Origin: Akkermansiaceae bacterium
GTDB taxonomy: Bacteria > Verrucomicrobiota > Verrucomicrobiia > Verrucomicrobiales > Akkermansiaceae
Length of the DNA stretch: 64,000 nt
Direction: 5' to 3'
NCBI GenBank assembly: GCA_026421245.1
Contig: JAPKDJ010000006.1
Span: forward strand, 12,128-76,127
A program made the translations under genes and the position numbers. Numbering within the stretch: position 1 is the first letter of the stretch; every line of letters starts with the position of its first letter. The notes beneath the pieces are model-generated. The model saw only the letters and a program-made list of their open reading frames with translations, was not told the origin of the DNA and ran no database searches. Positions 57,171-64,000 of the stretch are shown in pieces.

Positions 57171-57232
57171 GCACGCTTCATAGCCGAGGAATTGGGAATT
57201 TCTAAATCCTAATTTCCAACTATTGTAGGACC

Positions 57233-58318
57233 GTGACCGATTCACCTCCACGAGCTTGGGCCGAGATTGATCTCTCTGCCCTCCGCCAAAACCTTCGAAT
57301 CGCCCGCGAGCGTTCCGGTCAGGATGTTATGGCTGTCATCAAAGGCGGAGCTTACGGACACGGTCTTCTCAAGGTTGCGCAGCTATTCGATGAGGAAAAG
57401 CTCCCCTTTCTGGGAGTCGCCAATGCCGGAGAGGCACGGAAGCTTTTTGAGGGCGGCATTCAAACCCAACCTTATATCCTCGGCGCCACTCTCCCGGCAG
57501 AACGCGAAGAGATCACAGCCCGGCGCTGGACTCCCTGCCTCTGTTCCTTTGAAGAGTTGGAGCACTTCAACCAACTGGGCCGGACCAACCCGGTCAGAGC
57601 CCACCTCTCTCTGGATACCGGAATGGGTCGCGGAGGATTTCTCCCGGAACAACTTGGTGCGGCCCTGGACAAACTGCGCTCCTCGTCAGGAATCCAACTG
57701 ACCGGGATTGGCTCCCACCTGCCTGTCGCCGACGAAGACTCCGCCTTTACAAAATCGCAGTTCGAGCTTTTTGATTCTCTGGTCGAGAGCATTCCCAGGC
57801 AACCGGATCACTTTCACATTCATCTCAGCAATTCCGCTGGATTACTCAATTACCAGAGCCGTACCACAAATATGGCCCGGCCCGGCCTCCTGCTTTACGG
57901 CATCTCCCCAATCAAGGAACACCAGTCGCTTTTAGACCCCGTGATGTCTCTAAAGAGCCGGGTTTCCGTGATCAACAATCTCCCGAAGGGGCATGGAGTC
58001 TCATACGGCAGAACCCTACTTAAGCGGGATACCAAGGCGGCTGTCCTAGGATTAGGATATGGCGATGGCTATCCCCGTTCCCTCTCCGCAAAAGGAACTC
58101 AAATCCTTCTCAACGGGACACTTTGCCCCCTCCTTGGGCGTGTCACCATGGACCAAATCATCGTCGATGTCACTGACCTGCCGCAATGCCAACCTGGAGA
58201 CGAAGCAATTCTTTTTGGCAAAGACCTCCTCGTCACCGGCATCGCTGAGAAAGCGGGAACCATCGCTTGGGAGATTCTCACCCAAATCACACCAAGAGTG
58301 GCCCGAGTCTACCTTTGA
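57233..58318 (+). CDS. alr: Alanine racemase
   Basis: GTG start. AWAEIDLSALRQNL, PLP-lysine motif MAVIKGGAYGHG, and the C-terminal VSYGR...GYGDGYPR...V.MD motifs. Confidence 0.9.
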   Translation: MTDSPPRAWAEIDLSALRQNLRIARERSGQDVMAVIKGGAYGHGLLKVAQLFDEEKLPFLGVANAGEARKLFEGGIQTQPYILGATLPAEREEITARRWTPCLCSFEELEHFNQLGRTNPVRAHLSLDTGMGRGGFLPEQLGAALDKLRSSSGIQLTGIGSHLPVADEDSAFTKSQFELFDSLVESIPRQPDHFHIHLSNSAGLLNYQSRTTNMARPGLLLYGISPIKEHQSLLDPVMSLKSRVSVINNLPKGHGVSYGRTLLKRDTKAAVLGLGYGDGYPRSLSAKGTQILLNGTLCPLLGRVTMDQIIVDVTDLPQCQPGDEAILFGKDLLVTGIAEKAGTIAWEILTQITPRVARVYL

Positions 58319-60543
58319 AGCGTGATTTCATCGTCAGGCTGCAGGAATGATCGAAGTCGAAGTTCATCCTCATCAAAGTCCATGATGACCGCTCCGCTCT
58401 CCCATTGATTGAAGAGGTGGTATCCCTCCAACCTCACGTGCTTCAGCCATCGCTCTTTTGGCATCTCATACGAGGGGAAGCTCCCGGCACTGGTAATCAC
58501 AACCTTTGCTCCCGTTGCTTCGAGGAATTGGTGTTGCCCCGAGACCCCCCACGCATGACGCCCCATCACGATAACGTCGGCGCTCAGATCCGTCCCATCT
58601 TCAATCAAAGCCAGCTCGTCATTGATCCCAAGGTCTCCCGTGATCAAGACCTTCCACCCTTTCCAATGAACCTTCATCACCATGATACGGTTGTCCGCAA
58701 TTCCACGACTTGAAGGCTGCCCCTCACGCAGAATCTCAACCCACACTCTATCCTCCAACTCATAGAGCTCACCAGTCGTTCCGAGGATCTTCTGGCAACC
58801 AAAATCATCCGCTCTTGCCACAAACTCCCGATAGCTTGGACTCCTTGCTTGAGGCATTGGAAGGATGGCTTCTTCCAATCCCCCCCTCTTCAAAAGCTGC
58901 GGCAACCCACCGGCATGATCGCCATCGGGGTGTGTCACCAAAACGGTTTTCAGCTCCACGTTCCACCTGCCCAGGATTGAACGTAATTGCTCATAGAAAA
59001 AACTCCTCCCTCCGACATCGATCATCGCTCCTCCCTCAACGTCCAAAAACGAAGCCGCCCCGCCATCATGACAATCAAACACCACCCAATCACCCGGTGT
59101 TAAACGTCGCGATTGCCAATGGCCCAGAGGGATTTTTGAAAACCCTTTCGCAGTATAATAAGCGAAAGTCGCCACCCCTGAATTCGCCTGATTCACCCCG
59201 GAACCTAAAACGGGACTCAACACCCCCACGGTCGTTGCTAAAAATCCTAACGCAAGAATCACCAACGTTGCTGGAATTAAAATCAAACTGGCAAAAACGG
59301 CAATCGGAGTCACGACTCCAAAATGCCAAATCATGATTGGCAGCGACCCTAACCAGGCAGCCAATGAACTTGCTCCCAGATTCGCAAAGTAGGTTCGCAC
59401 AGCCATGACCCTCCGCTGCCCGTCAGTGAGAAGACGCGAAGGGAAAAATGGATCCAATTCAGCAATCTTTCCCGTGAATTTCAAAGCCACGCCCACCCCT
59501 AAACCAATCGCCAGGAGAACTCCATACGAGAGCTGAAATCCAACCTCATGCACCTGCGACGGTTTCCAAAAGACAACCAACACCAAACTCAAAGCAAGAG
59601 CATTGAACAGCGAAGGCCGCCTTCTCAAAAAGTAAGCTCCCAAAAAACAAACCGCCATCACCGTAGCTCTGATTGCGGGAGGACGCAGGCCGGTCACAAA
59701 GGCATACGTGACCATCGCCAAAATCACGATAAAAACTCCAATTCGTCTTGGGATCGGCAAATACATCAAGACCATCCAAAAGATACCTCCCACCAAGGTA
59801 ACGTGGAGTCCGCTCACCGCAAAAACATGCATCGCTCCGCTTTCTCGAAATGCCCGGCTCACTTCCGAGTCGCCCGGCGGTTTCTCTCCCAGCACCATCG
59901 CCTGAATGACAGCCCTACCATTTGACTCCTCGGACAAGCCTCTCGTGATTCCGTCGTGCAAACTCTCTCTTAAACTCTCGGCCCACCGTAAGGGAGCGGA
60001 ATACCAGTTCAAACGAATTTGCTTTTCCTCCCGCACCGCCAATCCTCCATGAACTCCGCTCCTCTCCCAAAGATCAAGTCGGGGAAAGACACCCGGATTT
60101 CGCTCGCGGTCAGGAACGAAAAACTTTCCTCTAATTTCCAAAACTTGTCCCGGTTGGTAATCCTGAGCCTTCATCACGATCACTTTCCTCTCACTTTCCC
60201 CTTCCCTTAATTTTCCATATCGTTCTCCCGCAAATGGCCCAGACTGCCGTCCGACTGTCAGTATCCCTTCCACAAATTCACTCCGAGCCTCGGCCAAGCT
60301 CGCCTTGACCGGCTTCTCCAGAAGGGCCGCACGCCAACTGACCAAAATTGAAACAACCACAACAGCCGCCCACCAGATCCACTGAGGGCGGGAAGTCAAA
60401 AAAGCCAATAGGATTAGCCCCATCGCCCAAGGGATCGATGCACTCCACATGGAGCCGGACAAACAAGCCAGCGCCACTGGAACCAAGGGAGCAACCGCAA
60501 TCAGGTAGCTCCTCGCGGACCGAATTTTTGACACCTGCTCCAC
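58309..60543 (-). CDS. comEC: DNA internalization competence protein ComEC/Rec2
   Basis: 744 aa. N-terminal TMs plus an OB-like region, competence channel domain (GAMHVFAVSGLHV...), C-terminal metallo-beta-lactamase domain VTHPDGDHAGG. Confidence 0.9.
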   Translation of the reverse strand: MEQVSKIRSARSYLIAVAPLVPVALACLSGSMWSASIPWAMGLILLAFLTSRPQWIWWAAVVVVSILVSWRAALLEKPVKASLAEARSEFVEGILTVGRQSGPFAGERYGKLREGESERKVIVMKAQDYQPGQVLEIRGKFFVPDRERNPGVFPRLDLWERSGVHGGLAVREEKQIRLNWYSAPLRWAESLRESLHDGITRGLSEESNGRAVIQAMVLGEKPPGDSEVSRAFRESGAMHVFAVSGLHVTLVGGIFWMVLMYLPIPRRIGVFIVILAMVTYAFVTGLRPPAIRATVMAVCFLGAYFLRRRPSLFNALALSLVLVVFWKPSQVHEVGFQLSYGVLLAIGLGVGVALKFTGKIAELDPFFPSRLLTDGQRRVMAVRTYFANLGASSLAAWLGSLPIMIWHFGVVTPIAVFASLILIPATLVILALGFLATTVGVLSPVLGSGVNQANSGVATFAYYTAKGFSKIPLGHWQSRRLTPGDWVVFDCHDGGAASFLDVEGGAMIDVGGRSFFYEQLRSILGRWNVELKTVLVTHPDGDHAGGLPQLLKRGGLEEAILPMPQARSPSYREFVARADDFGCQKILGTTGELYELEDRVWVEILREGQPSSRGIADNRIMVMKVHWKGWKVLITGDLGINDELALIEDGTDLSADVIVMGRHAWGVSGQHQFLEATGAKVVITSAGSFPSYEMPKERWLKHVRLEGYHLFNQWESGAVIMDFDEDELRLRSFLQPDDEITLQR

Positions 60544-61236
60544 TTAGGATTTTTCCAGCTCACGTAACTTGTGCGCCGCATTGCCAGCGTGTCTCGTTCC
60601 TTCCAGTTCATCTTTGGCCCGCTCCAAGACCTCAATCTGCTTTTCACGATCATCGAGATCTTCCTCATAGATTTCAGCAATCCGGAACATCAGAAATGCC
60701 GCATCATCCACTTCCCATTCATGATGTGCCAAGGCCTCCTGCAATGTGCTCACAGCCACCGCCGGGCTATCCAAATTGGCCCGCTGGATCTTGGCCACCT
60801 CAACAATGGGAAATCGATCTTCCGGGTTCTCCTGCCAAACCTCCCGAAAAACTCGGATTGCCTCGGGATAATCGCCCACTGCCACAGCTGACCGGGCCTC
60901 GTCGAGCGGATCTTTTTCAACTTCGGCCGTCGATCCCATCATCTCTTCACCGACCCTATCGACAAGGGATGGTAGAACGTAAAAGACGACGAGTATTCCT
61001 GCATAAATCATCGAAATCAATAGCGGCACCCCTACCTTGGCCATCGCTTCAGTGGAATTCTCTCCCTCCTCGGCCAGTTTCACCTCTTCATAGGGATCAT
61101 AGTCGCGGTTCGCCTTTTCCTCCTCCCTTACTTTCTCAGCAGCCTCCCCCTCGTTCTTCGAGGTATTCCACGCAACCATCGTGTAGAGAATCAAGGCACC
61201 CAAAATGCACAAATGAACAATCAATTTTTTACTCAT
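60544..61236 (-). CDS. Hypothetical two-TM protein with an acidic loop and a TPR-like C-terminal domain
   Basis: MSKKLIVHLCILGALILYTMVAW (TM1), an acidic stretch, TM2 VPLLISMIYAGILVVFYVL, then a helical region (GDYPEAIRVFREVWQENPED...). Its stop codon abuts the comEC start codon with no spacer. Start set at the ATG at 61236. Confidence 0.65.
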   Translation of the reverse strand: MSKKLIVHLCILGALILYTMVAWNTSKNEGEAAEKVREEEKANRDYDPYEEVKLAEEGENSTEAMAKVGVPLLISMIYAGILVVFYVLPSLVDRVGEEMMGSTAEVEKDPLDEARSAVAVGDYPEAIRVFREVWQENPEDRFPIVEVAKIQRANLDSPAVAVSTLQEALAHHEWEVDDAAFLMFRIAEIYEEDLDDREKQIEVLERAKDELEGTRHAGNAAHKLRELEKS

Positions 61237-61289
61237 AACCACCCTGAACATTAGCCACAAAATCGGCCCTTTGCAAAGGATCGAGCCAC

Positions 61290-61322
61290 AAAAAAAAGAG
61301 TCGCAGCCAAAGCTACAACTCT
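61290..61322 (-). terminator. Rho-independent terminator downstream of the 78-aa lipoprotein gene
   Basis: On the minus strand: AGAGTTGTAGC-TTTG-GCTGCGACTCT (11 pairs including 2 G-U) followed by TTTTTTTT. Confidence 0.7.
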
Positions 61323-61349
61323 CTGAAAAAAAATAAGAACCTAACGAAC

Positions 61350-61586
61350 TTACTTTTCGTGAGTCACAGGAATCTCATCCACCTCAGGAATCTCATCCAC
61401 CTCAGGAATCTCAACTTCCGACTCCTCCTCCTCAACAGGAATCTCATCCGCCACAAAAATCTCATTCATCTTAGGAAGACGACGAAGAGGTGGGACAGGC
61501 TCTTCACCGGTGCTGCAGCCACAGGAGGCAAGACCGAGGGAACCAAGTGCAAAGGCACCGAGAGCGAGAATTTTAATAAATTTCAT
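61350..61586 (-). CDS. Small acidic lipoprotein with EIPEVD repeats
   Basis: Lipobox MKFIKILALGAFALGSLGLASC, then a Pro/Glu-rich tail ...EIPVEEEESEVEIPEVDEIPEVDEIPV. It has its own terminator. Confidence 0.7.
   Translation of the reverse strand: MKFIKILALGAFALGSLGLASCGCSTGEEPVPPLRRLPKMNEIFVADEIPVEEEESEVEIPEVDEIPEVDEIPVTHEK
61367..61412. repeat. 18-bp in-frame tandem repeat (2.5 copies) in the small lipoprotein gene
   Basis: CAGGAATCTCATCCACCT occurs at 61367-61384 and 61385-61402, with a partial third copy. A further CAGGAATCTCATCC lies at about 61435. The repeat encodes (EIPEVD)n. Confidence 0.9.
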
Positions 61587-61683
61587 AAGGTTGGGATGTC
61601 TGTTTGTGTTTGTGTTAAAAAGAGAGTCGGAGAGGCAATAAAATTACCTTCCCCGGCTCAAACCTTTTTATCGGTGATCGAGA

Positions 61684-61806
61684 TTACTTGTGAGGAATAT
61701 CGACAGGAGCAGGAGCTTCAGGAGCTTCCTCAGGAGCACTTCCGCAAGAAGTGAGAGAGAAACCAGCAAGTGCTGCAATAAGGCCGAGGATAGTAGCAAA
61801 TTTCAT
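61684..61806 (-). CDS. Tiny lipoprotein (40 aa), below the ORF-track cutoff; paralog-like to the 78-aa lipoprotein
   Basis: Hand translation of the minus strand gives MKFATILGLIAALAGFSLTSCGSAPEEAPEAPAPVDIPHK*. It has the same MKF...L.SCG lipobox architecture and a Pro/Glu/Ala-rich tail. Confidence 0.55.
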   Translation of the reverse strand: MKFATILGLIAALAGFSLTSCGSAPEEAPEAPAPVDIPHK

Positions 61807-62034
61807 TGTTATTTCTTAGTGTTGGTTTTGTAGTTTTGATTGAGAACTTGAACGCGCTCAGTCAAGGAGGTCCGACAAATGCAGGGCAATTACCGTTCCA
61901 AGTTGATCGGAGAGTAGAGGGTTCCCTATCCCTTGCAAGTGATTAAGAGATCTTTTCTAACTTTTCCAGCCCCCTTCATCCCTCGTGAAACTGGGATTGC
62001 ATCGCACAAAAAGCCCAGTAACGTCGCCCTCCCC

Positions 62035-63036
62035 ATGAACAACCAGCCTCATGTTGCCATCGTCGGAGCTACCGGAGCGGTAGGCCGGGAAATGCTCATC
62101 TGCCTCTCCGAGAGAAACTTCCCTCTCTCCAAACTCACCCTTCTCGCTTCCGTACGTTCCGCTGGCCAGAAACTCACCTTTCGAGGCGAGGAAATCACCA
62201 TTCAGGAACTTTCCGCTGATTCTTTCGAGGAAATCGACATTGCCCTTTTTTCCGCAGGAGGCGGTATTTCGGAAAAATTTGGCCCCGTTGCCGCCGAAGC
62301 GGGTTGCGTCGTGATCGACAATTCCTCCGCCTTCCGCATGGATCCTGCGGTCCCCCTTGTCGTTCCAGAAATCAATCCTGACGCCGCCGCCATTCATCCT
62401 CGCAACATCATCGCCAACCCGAATTGCTCCACCATCATCACCTTGATGGGACTCGCACCTCTGCATCGCGCTTTCGGACTCAAGGGGATCATTGCTTCCA
62501 CTTACCAAGCCGTTTCCGGAAGCGGCGCCCAGGGAATCGCAGAGCTCGAGAACCAGGTCCAGGCTCTCGCCTCTGGCGCTCCCATCGAAAAACAAATTTA
62601 TCCACACCAGATCGCTCATAATGTCATTCCCCATGTCGATGCCTTCCAAGACTCCGGTTACACCAAGGAAGAGCAAAAAATGCTGCATGAAGGGCGTAAG
62701 ATCCTGGGCCTCCCCGATCTCAAAGTTACTTGCACTTGCGTTCGCGTCCCCGTCATGCGCTCGCACTCCATTTCCCTAACGGCCATCTTTGAAAAAGACC
62801 CCTCGGTTGCCGAGGCACAGGCTGTTTTCGCTAATAGCCCCGGAATTAAACTCGTCGATGACCCCGCCTCAGCTCTCTACCCCGTCCCTCTCGATACCAC
62901 CGGGCAGGATGACTGTCTCGTAGGACGGATCCGCAAGGATCAGGTTCTCCCAAATGCCATCGCACTCTGGGTCGTTGGAGATCAGGTGAAAAAGGGCGCC
63001 GCACTGAATGCCGTCCAAATTGCCGAACTTCTCTGA
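62035..63036 (+). CDS. asd: Aspartate-semialdehyde dehydrogenase
   Basis: VAIVGATGAVGREM, active-site IANPNCSTI, SGSG, VRVPV..HS. Start set at the ATG at 62035 (MNNQPHVAIVGATG). Confidence 0.95.
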   Translation: MNNQPHVAIVGATGAVGREMLICLSERNFPLSKLTLLASVRSAGQKLTFRGEEITIQELSADSFEEIDIALFSAGGGISEKFGPVAAEAGCVVIDNSSAFRMDPAVPLVVPEINPDAAAIHPRNIIANPNCSTIITLMGLAPLHRAFGLKGIIASTYQAVSGSGAQGIAELENQVQALASGAPIEKQIYPHQIAHNVIPHVDAFQDSGYTKEEQKMLHEGRKILGLPDLKVTCTCVRVPVMRSHSISLTAIFEKDPSVAEAQAVFANSPGIKLVDDPASALYPVPLDTTGQDDCLVGRIRKDQVLPNAIALWVVGDQVKKGAALNAVQIAELL

Positions 63037-63163
63037 GGCAAAATCAAAAATAAGGACTAATGTTTTTCGTTTCGCAACCGTTCCTGAACGGGGAGCTTTA
63101 CTCTCGCATGTTTTACATTTAAGAATAATTCCAGCTATATCCCTTATATTTTCCGCTCCCATT

Positions 63164-64000
63164 ATGGACGAATCCCCGTCGACTCCCACCGAATTTGTCG
63201 CTCCCACTCTTGAAGAACTGGAGCCCCTTTTCCCAGCCTACGAACTGGAGGCTTTCATCGCTCAAGGCGGAATGGGCGCAGTCTACAAAGCACGGCAAAA
63301 GTCACTGGACCGCTCCGTCGCCATTAAAATACTCCCTCGCGAATTTGGCGACGACCCCCAATTCAGGGCATCCTTCGAGGCTGAGGCAAAGGCCATGGCC
63401 CGCCTCAACCATCCCAACCTCATCTCAGTCTACGACTTCGGAAATATGGAGGGCATGCTCTATATCATCATGGAGTTCGTCCAAGGGAAGGCACTCTATT
63501 ACTCCTCCCACGAAAGGGCCATTGACCCTCCAGTCGCTCTCGACCTTGTCTCCACCATTTCGCGCGGACTTGGCCACGCTCACCGCGGCGGGATCATCCA
63601 CCGTGATATCAAGCCCGCCAACATCCTCCTCGATGTCAACGCCAAGCCAAAAATCGGTGATTTTGGTCTAGCCCATCCGCTCGACCGGCAGAAAAACGAG
63701 GGAGTGGTATTCGGGACCCCCGGCTACACCGCTCCGGAGATCTTCCACAACCACCACCCCATCGATCAACGTTCCGACATCTTCTCCGTCGGAGCTCTCC
63801 TTTACGAACTTCTCTGCGGGAAACATCCCGAACCAAATTCGACGTCTATGTCCTCAGGCATTGATCCTAGGATCGATGCCATCATCAAAAAGGCGACCCA
63901 TCCGGATCCCAACAATCGCTACCATGACGTCGATACTCTCGCCGATGAAATCGATGACCTCATCCCAAAGCTTGGGGGACCTCAATTTGCGACCACGCCA
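63164..64000 (+). CDS. Ser/Thr protein kinase, 3'-partial (runs off the window)
   Basis: Absent from the ORF track because no stop is reached. Hand translation from the ATG at 63164 gives GGMGAVYKA, VAIK, HRDIKPANILL, IGDFGLA and GTPGYTAPE. The frame stays open to base 64000. Confidence 0.9.
   Translation, partial: MDESPSTPTEFVAPTLEELEPLFPAYELEAFIAQGGMGAVYKARQKSLDRSVAIKILPREFGDDPQFRASFEAEAKAMARLNHPNLISVYDFGNMEGMLYIIMEFVQGKALYYSSHERAIDPPVALDLVSTISRGLGHAHRGGIIHRDIKPANILLDVNAKPKIGDFGLAHPLDRQKNEGVVFGTPGYTAPEIFHNHHPIDQRSDIFSVGALLYELLCGKHPEPNSTSMSSGIDPRIDAIIKKATHPDPNNRYHDVDTLADEIDDLIPKLGGPQFATTP

Noticed and set aside
56757-57212. 151-aa plus-strand ORF between gpmI and alr.
   Set aside because: No motifs, and it overlaps the (also weak) minus-strand segmented ORFs. 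Neither strand is convincing, so the locus is reported as a finding rather than a CDS.
61367-61412. Short direct repeats checked as a possible CRISPR array (also 7416-7481).
   Set aside because: They are contiguous tandem repeats without spacers, in frame within coding sequence. There are no cas genes in the window.
63195-63671. 158-aa plus-strand ORF listed in the track.
   Set aside because: It is an out-of-frame Ser/Pro/Thr-rich reading inside the Ser/Thr kinase gene. The kinase frame starting at 63164 carries all the Hanks motifs.

Overview
This window looks like a chromosomal, mostly housekeeping stretch from a PVC-superphylum bacterium, probably Verrucomicrobiota. That assignment is an inference from gene content: a PVC-type heme-binding CxxCH dehydrogenase, DUF1080, a DUF1549/DUF1553 + DUF1501 pair, DUF2851, many exported proteins, and C-rich third codon positions. 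I can support about 50 protein-coding genes.

Gene content by group:
- Natural-transformation and DNA genes: dprA, a topoisomerase III-like type IA enzyme, comEC, recO.
- Translation and core metabolism: frr, pyrH, fmt, an adk-like kinase, ffh, a KH-domain YlqC-like protein, acnA, gpmI, alr, asd.
- Transport: a DUF4212 + ActP-like sodium:solute symporter pair, an Aas-like acyl-ACP synthetase, a TonB-dependent receptor, and a four-gene TolC/MFP/ABC/FtsX-permease efflux operon.
- Envelope: a LemA / small protein / M48 peptidase module.
- Glycan genes: GH31, a GT4-like glycosyltransferase, and a three-domain esterase.
- A partial Ser/Thr kinase at the 3' edge.

I found no rRNA, tRNA, CRISPR array, intact transposase or integrase, or recognisable defence or toxin-antitoxin module. 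I did not find a clear-cut novel multi-gene system.

The leads most worth a second look are:
1. A 716-bp gene-free, highly structured spacer with a perfect 23-bp-arm palindrome (43290-43338).
2. An exported ClpP-fold protease fused to a low-complexity and coiled-coil region, next to an unknown two-TM protein.
3. Three small decay or accessory spots: a sulfatase relic at about 46.9-47.2 kb, a frame-broken unknown gene at 56.7-57.2 kb, and a gap plus a low-GC membrane gene with an internal 33-bp duplication at 6.4-7.9 kb.
4. The absence of rpsP between ffh and the KH gene.
5. A pair of tiny repeat-bearing lipoprotein genes, one of them below the 60-aa cutoff of the ORF track.

All family assignments come from motif recognition by eye, not from database searches.
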